A DNA stretch of 63,016 bases, filler included, from Lenisia limosa (lineage: Eukaryota > Protista > Breviatea), in assembly GCA_001655205.1 (NCBI GenBank). It is 9 parts of 9 records of this genome, joined end to end, with 100 filler letters (N's around TTAATTAATTAA, not from the genome) between each part and the next. Parts side by side here need not be neighbours in the genome. Positions count along the whole stretch, not along the records: positions 1 to 18,721 come from LPNZ01010397.1; 8 more parts are not named here. The stretch is one strand, 5' to 3'. A model generated the notes under the pieces. The model was given only the letters and a program-made list of their open reading frames with translations, was not told the DNA's origin and did no database searches. Each line of letters begins with the position of its first letter. The first letter of the stretch is position 1. Shown in pieces: positions 1 through 15,000 of the stretch. Position numbers and translations under genes: made by a program.

Positions 1-87
1 AGTTGTAGTAAGTATCTATGTTCTGCCTTTAGATAACGCATACAACCTCACTATTAACAAAATTTTTTTTTTTTGACATATTTTTTA

Positions 88-3000
88 GTATTGTGAGACC
101 ACCGATGCAGCCCCTGTTCTATGCCCCTCCGGCTCCTACTCAGACGCTTCCCAGGTTGGTTTATTAAAGAATAAATCACTGCTAGTCTTCTTACATTTGT
201 AAATAGTATTAACAAAAAATCGTTCTTTTTCCCATAATACACACATCATTTATCACAAACCGTCATTTATTCTGCTCTTCACAAAACTCAGACATCTTGC
301 ACCGATTGTCCAGCCGGATCTGCCTGTGTCGCTACCACAAGTGTTGTCTCCGATTGTCCCGATGGTAAGCTCTTCTGCACCCCTCCACTCTCTTTTTATC
401 AGGACTGCTTTTCTCTGCATGTACTTCTTTTTATTCACGCCATCTCCACCTATTTTCAAAAACTGGGCACCATTACCCCCCCCCCTCCAGGCCAGTATTC
501 TCTCCTCGGTGAAATGACGTGCACCCAGTGTGTCGCTGGTGAATACTGCCCGTCAAAATCGTGGGATTTGGGACAGCGCTTCATGTCGGTTCGAAAAATA
601 ACTGAATTTCTCGATAAAACCTTACGAACCGAAGTAAAACCTTTGGCTTTTCTACAATGTCAACTACATATGCATATACTGTATATTTTCGGGTTTATGG
701 TAAACTGTTCCTCAAAATTGATTTGAGATTCCACAATTCGATATAGTATATCATATGTTATGTAGCATATTGTTTTCGAGAAAATTGGTGAATGCTCTAA
801 TACCTGTCTAGAGCGCCCCCCATGAAGTGTGGACCCGGGTCCTACTCGGGTGCCGGCGCAACGTCGTGTACCCCCTGTGAAGCCGGCAATTATTGTCCTG
901 ACGGTGCTTCTAACCCGCAATGCGGAGCTGGATACTACTCAACTTCGAGTGGGGGGGGGGGGGCNNNNNNNNNNNNNNNNNNNNNNNNNNNNNNNNNNNN
1001 NNNNNNNNNNNNNNNNNNNNNNNNNNNNNNNNNNNNNNNNNNNNNNNNNNNNNNNNNNNNNNNNNNNNNNNNNNNNNNNNNTGATGATGTGGACGGCTTC
1101 GACCAGATCTAGGGTATACTTCTTTCGTAAAATGACTGAATCGCATCGATAATTCCTCGAAAACTATCGATATTTTTGTTATTTTTCAAATTAGAGTAGA
1201 ACCCTAGATACATCTTTTTCTCAGCTCGCTTCCGATTGATAAACCAGGTCAAAGTGTCTGCACTGTTTGTACTGGGGGTTATTCCTGCGCGGCCGGAGCC
1301 ACTACCGCTACCGAAACCCCGTGTCCTCTTGGGTCGTATTGCTTACCTCCAAGCCCCCCGATTCTCTGCCCAACTGGTATATAAAAAAAAATTATATCAT
1401 ATCATATACTGACATATTGGTACTACTTTTATACACTGGCATGTTCTTTTATACACTGGCATGTGAAGAGGCTCTTTTATATACTAATTTTGAGTAATTT
1501 AATTTTGTTTTGTATTGGTGTATTTTACTTTTATATTTATTACTTTTAGTGTGCTATAGCTCTCTTTTGTGACACATTTAGGCAAATATGACAGTATAAA
1601 GTATCCTCAGTTTGATACAATAAACATGAAGATAGTTTATTTTGTAACACATTGGCACTTCTGACAGTATTAGAACTAATTTAATACACGGAGTTCTACT
1701 TTGTAACGGTATTCAGGCACATATGGCACCTCCGCAACAGAGGCCCTGAGAGAATCGGCGTGCTCCCCCTGTACAGCAGGCTACTTCTGCTCCACCGCCG
1801 GGATGACCAGTGTTGGAGTGGCTGAGGAATGCCTACCCGGATCGTACTGTCCCGAAGGCACGTCGTCATCAACCGATCCGGATCTTCTTTGTCCGTCCGG
1901 GACATATAATCCCGACCCAAAGAAAACGGCTCTTACCGACTGTTTGCTTTGTACCGTTGGCAACTATTGCGAGGAGGGAGCTGTCACGCCCACGCCCTGT
2001 CCTGCTGGTATGCTGTTTAATATCTTTTGTGTTATCTCTGGGTTCTGTTTCTCTCTTTTCCCGGATCTTCAGAAACCACTAGCCTGTGCTCTGTTTGTTT
2101 TGTTGTTTTCAACCCTCGTGCTCTTCCCAAATGATAGCCAACATAGTTGATTTCGCTCTTCTTCTTTTTTTTATTTTATTTCATAAATTTAATTTTCTAT
2201 TTTACCCCCTTGCAGGCTTGTTTTGTGTACTAAGTCCCAATTTTACCCCCCCCCCCAGGCTACGTGTGCCCTGCCGGCACCGCGCGAATTGTTCCTTTTG
2301 GCCCCTCCGAAGCCTGTCCAGCCGGGACCTATTCTAACACCACGTCTGCGGAGGATATGTCCGTTTGTCAGGACTGCCCTGTTGGTCACTACTGTCCTCA
2401 AGGATCCTCGGTATGAACTGGGGGGGGGGGGGNNNNNNNNNNNNNNNNNNNNNNNNNNNNNNNNNNNNNNNNNNNNNNNNNNNNNNNNNNNNNNNNNNNN
2501 NNNNNNNNNNNNNNNNNNCCTTCAATTGCTTTAACACTCTTATTTTTTTACTCTCTTTTAATAAACCTTGAAATGTATTCATTATTGTCACTCTCCCAGT
2601 CAGTCTATGTACTGTTAATTTGTGTTTGTATCCCCTTATTTTACTCGATAAACCTTCAATTGGTTTAAAATCTTTAATTTTTACTCTCCCAGTCAGCCAC
2701 CCCATGCAGCGAAGGAACCTTCAACCCCGACACCCGGTCCGCATCGCCATCATCCTGCCAACTCTGTACCCCGGGGTGGTCATGCCCATCGTCCGGCCTG
2801 GACTCCCCGTCCACCCCATGTTCAGAGGGCTACTTTTGCCCAGCAGGAACCGCGGGACCCCAGGATTACCCCTGTCCTTCGGGGACTTTCACGGCCAGCA
2901 CTAATCTAACCAGGGTACAAAATTGCACAATATGTCCGCCGAAGTTCGCCTGCGGTCGCGGGACGGGCGTCAATATTAACCCCATGTCTCCGTGCACTGT

Positions 3001-6000
3001 TGGGCATTATTGTCCTGAAGGCACATCGTTATCCCAGGAGTTCGACTGCCCGCCCGGGACTCTCACCACAGCCACTGATCTTGAAATGGCGTCCGAGTGT
3101 TCACCTTGCCCTTCTGGTTCCTATTGTCTTGGCGGATCGGTGAGAAGGGGGAGTTATTTATTCGGTGAGTTTTCACCAGTTGTGCCATCCTGGGCTTCCC
3201 TACTTCTCTCTCTTGCTGACCTCTTAGAATGTCATTGACGGGCCCTGTACGGCAGGCTTCTTCTGTCCCGAGTCTTCAAGCAGTCCTGTTACCAACCCGT
3301 GCCCCTCGGGAACATACAGCGCTGAAACCGACCTTCCAGCTGCTGCCAATTGCACTGACTGCCCCCTAGGCAATTTCTGCCTCCAAAGTTCAACCGCTCC
3401 CACGCCCTGCCCTGCTGGTACCTTCACCAATGTCCCCAATACTGGAGGTTTGTCTAATTTCATCATATCTCTTGATTATTTTGTTGGTCTCCTTTTTTAT
3501 TTATGATTGTATAAACTCTAATTTTAATGGGATGGGATGCGGTGCTGCAGAAGCGATTGGCCTGGGCTTTGTTTATTGGAGTAATGGGATGCGGTGCTGC
3601 AGAGCGATTGGCCTGAGCTTTGTTTTTTTTTGTTGTTATCAACCCTTGTGTGTTATCAGCCAACAGAGTTGATTTTGGGCTTCTTTTTTTTAATTCATAA
3701 ATTGTCAATCCCCAGGAGTTTATGCCAATATTCTTCATCAAAATTTTCTTCGTTTACCCCCCCCCCCCCNNNNNNNNNNNNNNNNNNNNNNNNNNNNNNN
3801 NNNNNNNNNNNNNNNNNNNNNNNNNNNNNNNNNNNNNNNNNNNNNAGTGTGCTGAGCAGTCTAGCAACCCCAACCCCTGTCTCGCTTCCACGTGCTCTGG
3901 TCCCGGTACTCGAGGGGTGGTCCTATTGACAATAAAGTCTTATTTGGAGAATAAAGATTAGAGCCTTTTTTTAGGAGCAGGAAGTTACCTGAACCTTTGT
4001 ATTCGCCTCTTCTTTTTAACTGTGTTATTCGCCTCTTCTTTTTAGCTGTGTTGTCTTCGCCTCTTCTTTTTAACTGTGTTGTAGGAGCAGAAAGTTGCCA
4101 GGCTTGTCCCAGCGGATACTACTGCCCCGATCCGTCAATGGCACTTGCTGATGTTCTGACTTCGTACAAATGCCAACAAGGCAGACTATGCCTGGAGGGT
4201 TCCGTAGATGTTAACACACTTTGTCCTGCAGGCCAGTATTGCCCCGAGGTATGCTCCGAGGGTTTCGCTCCGATCCGACAACGATGGTGATATCCCGAAA
4301 TTTTTCGAGACAGAAATATTTTCCGTTTCTTGATTTCCCATTTTGCTGAAATTTAAATACTTCCCGTGACGGTTTAGGCCTCAACCGCGGCCGTTAATTG
4401 TCCCGTCGGTACATTCCGAAGTGCCGAGTCCGGCGGCGTACTAGCCGACTGTTCTCCTTGCACTGCTGGTTCCTATTGTGACGAAGGCGTGTCAGCCGTG
4501 TCAGGACCGTGCTCTCCGGGTTACTATTGCCTCGAGGGATCTTCGAGGTTAGTAATTTTTTTGTTTGGTATAATGCACCCTGGTGGACTTCCCTCTAATC
4601 ACATATAAGACTGATTATTACACTGATTCTTAGTAAAAACCAGAACTATCAATAATCGAAAATTTTAAAGCTCTATGAAATATTTGTTACCTTGATTTTT
4701 AATGTAAATTATTTCTTCTTACTCAAACATGACGTTGAATCTTACATTCTAGCCCCACCGCCACTGCTTGTCCCGTCGGAACAATCCGAACCGCATCCGG
4801 CGCTGCCGTCTCCGGAGACTGCTCACCATGCCCTCCGGCATCATTCTGTGACCTGGCGTCTTCTGCTTTGGAACCTTGTCCCCAGGGTTATTATTGCCCG
4901 GAGTCGACCGAGTATCCCGTGCCGTGCCCAAAAGGAACCTACGGCAATGTGACTGGCTTGTCCGCTCTAACCCAGTGTCAAGACTGTCCTGCAGGAAGCT
5001 ATTGTGATGGTCGAGGACAAAGTGCTCCCACTGGAGAGTGTACTCCCGGCTACTATTGCACCGGCAAAGCCTGGCTAGCCTCCCCCACAGATGGTATTAC
5101 TGGTGACTTGTGTCCTGCTGGTGGTTACTGTCCGGCCGGATCACAGCTTCCTGCTTCCTGTCCTCCAGGTTTGCTTTTGTTGAAAGCTTTAAGTAATATT
5201 GCCTTTTTTGAGGGTAATAACGAATATCAGCATATCAGCGTTTATTTTTTACTTTTAGCTAGTCCTCCACTATCTCTTTACATGCATACTTTGTATGATA
5301 ATATAAATTTCTTATAATAATGTTATACATATATACATGTATGTGTCGATATATAGAGTATACTATGATATATCATATGTATATAAGACATGTTTATCGT
5401 ATATATGTTGAGCTTCATCTTTTTGATATTAGTTGTTATGTATTTCAGGGTCTCTGTGCTTTATAATACCAAAAAATACTTTGTTCAATCCGATCATCAC
5501 ATCTTCAGGAACGTACAACAACTACACCGGTGGCATGACTTCGCTCGACTGCTATTCCTGCGACCCGGGCTACTACTGTGCCGGTTCGAATAACCCAAAT
5601 CCCTCCGGTCCCTGTGACCCCGGATATTTCTGTACCGGCGGCTCCGCAATTCCCCGTCAAAACCCCTCCCCGGCCGGCACGTACTCTCCAAGTGGGTCCA
5701 CCGCAGCCATTGATTGTCAGCCCGGCATGTTTAATCCAGCTACGACTCAAGAGGTCTGTCAGCCTTGTCTTGAAGGTTACTACTGCCCCAGTGCCAGGAT
5801 GACCGTTGGCACGCCATGTCCCCAGGGGTCGTTCTGTGAGGAGCGTTGTAGTTCACCCGAGCTTTGCCCAGCTGGAAGCTTCAGTAGCGCAACTCAGCTA
5901 ACTAACGTGACTCAATGTACTGCATGTTTGCCCGGGAGTTACTGTGAACTGGCTGGACAATCCGCTGTGTCTGGCGACTGCTTGGCTGGTCACGTGTGCT

Positions 6001-9000
6001 TCGGATCTGCCATCCTCAAGGACCCGCCTCTCTCGGGTGACATTCCTTACGGGCGGCCTTGTCTTGCTGGGCATTATTGTCCCGAAGGCTCGCATATAGA
6101 CACCCCATGCCCCGCGGGAACATTCAACCCGGAAACGGGAAGTACAAAACTGGCTGACTGTGAGCCGTGTCCCTCCGGGCAGTACTGTCTTCAAGGCGCC
6201 TCATCCGCTACCGCACCCTGTGACCCGGGCTACTACTGCGGCTCCTTGGCCGAAACAGCCCAGCCAAACGTGGCGCATACGGATGCCGGAATCTGTCCTG
6301 CAGGCTCGGAATGTCCAGCCGGATGTTCAAGCCCTACAGTGTGTGCCGAAGGTTCCTACGCAGCCACACCGGGAATGGACGCGTGTACAGAATGCCCACA
6401 GGGACAGTACTGTGTGGCGCCTTTCACGTTCACCACCCCATGTCCCGCCGGAAAGTTCTGCCCCGCCGGTAGCGGTTCGGCTCTTCCGCTTTGCCCTTCT
6501 GGAACATTCGATAACTCCGGCGGTCTCTTCCAGTCCTCACAATGCAGCCCATGCCCAGCTGGAGAATTCTGTCCCGGGCCGGGCAACACCGCTTCTTCTG
6601 GTGACTGTAAGGAGGGCTTTTTGTGCCCCGGCGGCTGTGCTGATGACGAGGGCAGTGCTTGCTCCGAGCCACTAGGCGGAGTGTGTCCAGCAGGGCATTA
6701 TTGCGGACCGGGTACGGCTATTGCCACGCCTTGCCCCTCTGGAACGTACTCCTCGAGCACTGGGCTGACCATTGTCGATGACTGTCTCCCTTGCCCGTCA
6801 GGAGAATATTGCTCCGGATCCGGGCTAACCGAGCCATCGGGGCCATGTTCCGAAGGTTATTTCTGCACTTCCGGTGCGACCGTAGCTACTCCTGCCTCGG
6901 GCCCAAATGGTGGACCCTGTACCCCTGGAAACTACTGCCCTGAAAACTCATCGTTCCAAACTTCGTGCCCCCCAGGATCATACTCGGATATTCCCTTACA
7001 AGCTTCGTGTCAACCCTGCGTTCAAGGCTACTACTGTACTCTTGGAAGCAGCAGCTACCTCGACAAACCTTGCCCCGTTGGCCACTTCTGTCCAGAAGCC
7101 ACGACATCTGCCAGTGAGTTTCCCTGTCCGATCGGCACCCTTAATTCCCTCACGACGCAACCGTCAAACTCGTCATGTTCGCCATGCCCAGCAGGGGACT
7201 ATTGCTCCGCCCCGGGTTTAAGTTCTTCATCCGGCCGTTGTTCCTCTGGGTACTGGTGCGCTGAGAGTGCCACCACAGCAGCGCCTTTAGACGGCGTGAC
7301 GGGCGACGCTTGTCAGCCTGGTGAGTTCTGTCCGGAGGGCTCGTCAGAAGCCACGCCGTGCACCCCAGGGTTCTACTGTAATACCGTAAATCTTGCTGCT
7401 GTGTCGGGCAGTTGCGCGGCCGGCTTCTTTTGTGCTGCCGGATCCGAAACCAATCGCCCCGATGCCGGAGAATGCCCCACCGGCCACTATTGTCCGACTG
7501 AGTCCGCAACCGCAACACCTTGCCCAATTGGCACATTCAACCCGACCCAGCGCTTGACAGCTGAGGCTCAATGTCAGCCGTGTACCCCAGGAAGCTATTG
7601 TTCTTCCCCGGGCGCTTCGGCAGTTTCAGGTCTTTGTGACTCTGGTTTCTTCTGTCCAGGATCCGATACTCAAGCCCAGCCAGTAGGACAGGAATGTCCA
7701 GAAGGTCACAAGTGTGTCGAGGGCTCAGCATCTAGCGACCCTTGTCCGATTTCTACGTATCAGGATCTCCCTGGCCAGTTCGATTGCAAAATCTGCCCCC
7801 CTGGCTTCTACTGTGGAACGCCAGCTTTGCTGTCCCCCGTTAACTGCACTGCCGGTGCCTATTGTCCTGAAAACTCCACAGCCCCGTTGCTCTGTCCAGC
7901 AGGGACGGCTTCGGCCTTCACCAACCTCGAGCGTATCGAGGACTGTCCTGACTGCGTACCGGGCCAATATTGCCCTAGTGAGGGCCTCACATCACCTTTC
8001 GGTCCCTGTGCTGCGGGTTACTTCTGCCTATCAGCCTCTACAGAATACCGTCCGACTGACGGTGTGACCGGCGATGAATGTCCGAGGGGTCACTACTGCC
8101 TCGAAGGCTCTTCCGGACCCCAACAGTGTCCAATGGGAACGTATCTGCCAACCACTTTGGCTGAAGACGTCTTAGACTGTCTGCCGTGCCCCTCGGGTCT
8201 GTATTGCCCTAAATTGGCCATGCCTGATCTCACTGACGCTCTACCATGCGCGACCGGGTTCTACTGCTTATCTGCAGCGGTTCAGGATAAGCCTGTGGAC
8301 GGCGTGACGGGATACCCTTGCCCCCGGGGATTCTACTGTCCTGAAGGAGCAGTGTCTCCTGTACCATGCCTCTTAGCAACGTATGCGCCTCATAACGGAA
8401 CTGTGACTTGTCTAACTTGTCCGCCGTCTGGACTCTGTGACGAAACTGGTCTGACAATTCCCAATAGCTGTCCAGCAGGTTCGTATTGCCCCGAGGGTTC
8501 AAGCTTACCCGTACCTTGTCCGGAAGGAACGTACTCAGCCACTCCCGACCTCTTTAGTAAGGACCAATGTTTACCTTGTGACAGTGGCAGCTACTGCGCC
8601 CCTGCAGGCAGGACGGCCGTGACGGGGCCTTGTGCGGCAGGATTCTTCTGTACCACCAACGCCACGACCAACAGACCAACCGGCGTGTATCCCGAGTCTG
8701 GCCCGTGCCCCCCTGGCTCCTATTGCCTCGAGGGAACAACCAGTGTCACCCCATGTCCTGTCGGCTCGTTTGTGACCACTTCCGGCTCCAGCCGAGCCAC
8801 CGACTGTCTCCCTTGTGCCGCTGGAATGTACTGCGCTGACCCAGGAATGTCATCTCCCTCCGGTCCGTGCGCGGCCGGATTCTACTGTCCGTCTAGCCTT
8901 TTGGCAACTTCCAGCATGCCAAGCACGCACAAATGCCCATCCGGGGCGTATTGTCCCGAAGGATCCTCCGAGCCAGTTCCATGTGAAGACGGCACGTATC

Positions 9001-12000
9001 AGAACACTACTAACGCGGAGGCGTGTTTGGAGTGCCCAGAGGGCAACTTCTGCAACTCTGGCGCGGCCTCTCCTGCCGAGTGCCCTGATAACCATTATTG
9101 CCCCGCCGGTTCCGGATTTCCCCTGGAATGTACCGACGGAACAATTGGTAACGGGCCGGGACTCTCCAGCAACGACGAGTGCCAAAGCTGTCCTGCTGGA
9201 AGCTACTGCCGTAACGGCGTAGTTACTGGACCTTGTTCAGCGGGTTACATTTGCTATTCCGGCTCCAGCACCCCAACGCCAGTGTCATTCTACAGTAACG
9301 TCAATGTGACGTGTGATATTACGCAGACGCCAAGCTTGGGCGGGCCTTGCTCTCCGGGCCATTATTGCCCCGAGGGAACCCTGGTTGAAATGCCGTGTAC
9401 TGACGGCAAGGTTTTAGCAACCTGGGGTGGACGCAGTGCCGACGATTGCTCCCCGTGTCCCGCGGGTTCATACTGTGTTTCAGGCAACCCTGTCCCTCTT
9501 CCCTGTCCAGCTGGGTATTTTTGTGAATACGATAAGGTCCCCCAAGCATGCCCTCCTTCAACATACAACGCCTTGCAAAGCCAGAGCCTCGCAACTTCAT
9601 GTTTGCCGTGCACAGCTGGCTTCCTTTGCCCTAACAACGGGACTATCAACCCCTCTCTTCTCCCGTGCCCTTCTGGTCACTACTGCCCTTCAGCGTCCGT
9701 TTTGCCCGAGCCATGCCCGGAAACGACTTTCCGCAGTGAACCGTCAGCGACTTCCATTACCGACTGTCTCCTGTGCACGCCAGGTTTTGTTTGCGGCAAC
9801 GCCACCACCAGTCCCGCGCCCTGCCCGAACACCACGTATTGCCCCGAGGGGTCCACCGTCTGGACTCCATGCCCAGCCGGAACGTATTGCCCGGAACAGA
9901 CTGGAGAGCCGATTCAGTGTCCCTCTGCTTCCTACTGCCCTCTCGCCGCGATCGTGCCTATTCCCTGCGAACACGGGACGTATTGCCCTGATGGATCTGC
10001 CGAAGCTGTGCCCTGTCCTGAAGGCTCCGTGGCGCGCCCGTTGTCATACCCGAATAACCGCGATTCGGTCGATAACGCTTGTCAGTTCTGCTCAGCCGGT
10101 TTTGGACCGAAGGACTCCGAATGTGTCCCCTGTGAAGCCGGATACGTTTGTCTCGGCAAGGCTACAAGCGTTACGCCTTCTGATGTCGATGCTGATAACG
10201 GCTATGTCTGTCCTGAGGGTGCGTATTGTCCTGAGGGCTCCGCTGACTTCACGCCGTGCCCAGCAGGTACTTTCAGAGCGTCAACAGGAGGAAAATCACT
10301 CAGCGATTGTTCTCCTTGTGCTGCGGGTACCTTTAACAGTGAAGCCGGGTCTTCTGCGTGTATTTTATGCGGTGTTTCTGCCTGGAGTGATGAGGGCGAT
10401 AACTCGTGCTATTGTAATGGAACTAGTAGGGCCTTCCAGCCTTCCGACAGAACATGTATCTGTTACCCTCGCCATCAATGGCGTGACAGTGACAATAACC
10501 TTCGCAGCAGTAACGACGACAGTACTATTGACTGTGAACCTGTGGTGTACAACCGTTGCGATGACCACACCGGGCGTGACGCAGATGGAGATTGTATCAC
10601 CGTCCACAGACAGAGTGATGGTTATGACGACTACTGTACAGGGCGTTGTATGTCTGGTCAAGGAACGTTCAATGCCCAAACTGGATGGTGCGAATGCCTA
10701 GGGCTTCCCCATGAAGACCAGGTTTGTAACCAAGCCTGTCGAACCAATCAGCTTCGCCTCGAAGTCAGAACCACCGAGGGCGAGTCGTACATTGATGCTG
10801 TTGACCCAGTAAATGGCATTTTGACATCCAGCCTTCTTTCCGACAACCAGAACATCCTTGGAGACCCCTCGTGCCCCAGCGGCTCTTCCTGTGAAATGTT
10901 TATTATCGCAATGTCCCCATCTGCTATGACTGGTATTTACGACCCGTCATTTGACCTTCTTCAGTCTATTCTAGGCCAGGAATCCAGCTCGAGTAGTCGG
11001 AGGAAGAGTGACGTTCTGTTGACCATGTCAGCTGCTGAGCGTCGAGAAGACAACTCCACTGAAATCACCTACACGGGCATCGCCAACCCTGTTGTCTGTG
11101 TTGAGTTCAATGAGGCTCTCGTCTTCCGTCTGGTCGATAACGAGCACTATCCAGTGTACGTCAAGGACTCCCTGTACAACAACAACGATGACTTCGACTT
11201 TGGCGGATTCCGCGCCCTTGAAGAATCCATGCTTTCCGGGCAAGACGTGTCATCCTTCTCATTTACATTTAGTCAAAAGGGCACTTACGTATTTGCTGAT
11301 GCTGGAGATCAACAGCGTCAAATGATTGTCGGCGCCATGGGTGAGAACGAAGCATGCCGCGGTTCGGCTCGCATTCTGCCCGCCACCAAATCCAACCTGG
11401 TCGCTATCGCCGCTTCTGCAGAGCAAGACCTTCTTCTCGAGCCCGATTGGACCCTCGTGGCTGCTCTGATCTCTGCCGTCTTCGTCCTGGCCACCGGAGT
11501 GATTCTCGGTCTAAGACAGTTCCGCCACCGGACCTGGGGAGGCGGAATTTCACCGACGCCTTTCTATCGCACAACTGCTGCTGGGTACTCCATGTCCACG
11601 CATGCCTCCCGAGGCGGCATGGTGGAGAAGAAGGCTCTGGCCCAGACCTTCGTTTCAACTACGCTTGATGGCGAACAGACCAACGTGGTTGGCAACGCTA
11701 CAGCTCTCGTTGTCCCCAAATCCAAACAAGCTGAAGCGGGAGCTCCACCCGGTCCTGTTGTCGATGCCCTGTTTTGGGACGATTCCCGACAAATCGACAT
11801 GGAAGGCTTTACGGTTAACACGCTTTATCAGCTTCTTGAGAGCCAGACCAAGCAGATGGGTAGAGAACTTCTGAAAGCTAAAGACGAGGCAAAGTCGTTC
11901 TACGACCGCATCGCTGTCCACACTGACGAACTCAAGGGCCTTGTAGCCCACAAGCTTGAGGCGAGTGTCGGTGAAGCTGTTTTCACAGGCGAAATGCCTG

Positions 12001-15000
12001 TGAAAGAGCGTAACCGTCGTAAGGCATTAGCGGAAGACTTCCTTGGCACTGCAAACGCATGGGCAGTAACTCGGCATTCCAACCTTATCGCCAGACTTGA
12101 GCATTACGACCGAATGAGCGTTCTGATTTGGAGGGCTGACGTGGCTCTCGAACAGACAGTCAACGCCCTTCGTTTAGCCGACCCAGCTAGCTGCCCAGCT
12201 GAAGAGGAGCTTGACCTCTCCGAAGTTCAAGCAGCCCATGCGTCCCTTATGGAAGCTGTTACCCTCGCGGACCAGGAGATGACCAACGAAATCTATCGTC
12301 GCCGCTTATGGCCCGGCACGGATGACACCCTGGGCGCTCCGATGGTGGACCCCGTCACAAATGAGGCCTACAACGCACGCTCCCTACATGACGCTTCCGG
12401 CCGCCTACGTCTAATTCCCGGAGTTACGAAGTTGGACGTTGTGACTGGACTGGTCGTTCCGGACCGGAAAGCAAGGGTTCTTAAGCCAAACGGTCGTCCC
12501 GCGGCCCCTCCCGAGTCTTGCTGTGTCCACCCCACGACTGGCCGTGTTATACCCATGGTCGGCAGTGTTGCCCTCGAACCATCATCCGGCCGAACAGTGG
12601 TGACGTCATGCCTCATGCAAGAACCTGGGGTGTCAGCTGACCAACTTGTTCCCTGGCTTCCGTTGCCAGAAGATGTCGAAACTGGCTTGGCAGCGCACAA
12701 CACTCGAGTCGTCCCGGGAGGGAAAATGACAGACCCTCGCAGCGGCCGAACCTGCCCTGTTATCGCGGCCGGATTTGACCCTAGATCCCGCCGAGCCGTG
12801 CCGATTGGTGGTGTCTACACGAACCCCCTTACTGGAAAAGAAGCCGCTATCACGATTGGCGAGGCTGTTTTGGACTCTCTCAGCGGCAGGGTTGTTCCCA
12901 TTGCCGGTGTGTCCATCGACATGTCAAGTGGAAATGTCATTCCCGTCGGAGGACTCGTGAAACGCTCAGACGGCACCAAAGGAAAGGTTGCTATTCTTCC
13001 AGGCACAATTGGAGTCGACCCTCTTTCTGGAAAGGAAGTTATGGTTGATGGTGGAGCACTTTCACAGTCGACCGGCAAGGCCATGGCCATTTATGGCGGC
13101 CCGGCTTCTTTGAGCGACTCAGTTGAAGCTGGCCACGAATCCGCCTGGGTAGCAACGCATTCCGAAATCGCTTCAATGCTGATGGAAGTTGTCGAAGGCC
13201 ACCTGACAGCTCATCAGAACTTTGCTTCCGTCATGACTGCCGGCAAAAGTGCTGACGGTATGGTGGAGGCCCGGGCTCAAATGGAGCATCATCGCGCCAC
13301 GTCCGACTTACAGACCCGTCTCGATTCGACAATGGCCCAAGCCACCAACGTCATGGCGGCGGCAAAGGAATGCTTCATCAATATGCGTCGTTTCAACCTT
13401 CGCGAATCGGCTATGGAGCGTGGACGCGAACGTGCGCGTATCAGTCTTGCTAGCTCGGTGAAGAAGGACGGTGTCGCTATTGCTGCCGGTGCGCCTGAAG
13501 ATGACAGCGGCTTGTCAGTGTTAGAGGCGGAAATCAACGCGAGAGAAGGCTTTGTGAGGCGACAGGTCACTGTGTACCGCTACCTAAAGGACGCCGAGAA
13601 GGCCGTGACCGAAGCATTTCAAACTGTTCTGCATGAAGGTTTGCCGGCTGATGGCGAGCAATCGCCTGTTGACGAAGCCCTAAACAGGCTGTTCACCCAG
13701 ATCGAGTCTATGGAGGCAGCAGTTGCCCGTGAAATGGCAAGACGCGAAGACATGAGTCTAGACTTCCATACAGTCGGCAGAGATGTGGGTCCGGTTCTTA
13801 ATATGGCCGACGAGGGTGTTACTGTCACTGAGCAAGCACTGTTTTCCTCCCACAAGACCTTCCACAATACATACTCGCAGTCGGTTCGTCGCCTTGCTGA
13901 CATCATTGATGACAGCGATCGGAGAGCTTCAGACAATGAGGAGGAAGCCGCAGCGGCAGCGAGAGAGGCCCATACCCGCGAGTTGATCTTAGATCTAATG
14001 GACGAACTGCAAGGAAACCTCCTCAAGGTTGAGCAAGATGTTGTTCACCGCGAGGCTTCGCTTGAGATGTGGCGCGATATGGCTGGGTTCTACGCCGAAG
14101 CTGCTAAAGCACTTTTGAACGAACAAACTCAGGAGGCAGCCCAAATGGCCTCAGCGACAGGAAACCGCAAGTTGAGACATGTTGAAACTGACACTCGTCA
14201 TCTTCTGCCGGCAACCACCCTGCGCCCTCAAGACCACCAAGCCTTTGGCTCGGCCGTCAACATCGCTAATGTCCCGCCGGAACTTGCCAATCTCCTGGCT
14301 GCTCTTGCTGAAGCCGCGTCAGCAGCGGGGTCAACACAGACTCCCGCCATGCCTTCCGCAAAACAGCCAGCTACCATTACGACAGTACCTGTAGTTCCGA
14401 TCACCGCGACTGTTTCCAAGGAGCTGTCTTCGGACGAGAAGTCTGCTGTGGACCGTCGGTTGGCTGAGGAAGAAAAGGACGAGCTTGAGGCCATTCAGAC
14501 CAAGATGCAGCGCAAGAAGGAGCAGAGGCTTGCTGAAATGCGCACCCGTCTCGACAACGCGCTTCACGACCAAAGTGTTTCGATTGAGCGTCAAAATGCG
14601 GCTTTGGAGAAGCACGAAGCCGAAATCGAGGCGCTAGAGGTCGAACTTGCCCGCGAGCGAGCCAAAAGCGAGAAGGTTGTCAAGGCCAGTCTCGAAGCAA
14701 AACGGCCCGAATTGGAGCGGCTTCGAGTGGCCCAACGTAGCGTTTCCGGCGATGGAAATGAGGAGTCGCGAGTGGCTGCCGAAGTATCCCGACGCGAGGC
14801 TCGGATTGAAGCCGCTTATCGTGAATCCATGGCTGAGAAGGAGGCGATGGCCATCCAGAACGCCGACAAAAAGGCCGAGGAAGCCCTCAGAGCCGCCACG
14901 AAGCGTCTCGAAGAGCTCGTTACCATGTCAGAGACCGCCGCTGACAGAGCTCTTGCTGAAGAATCTCACAAAAACGAGCTCCAGGCCCGGGCTAAAATCA

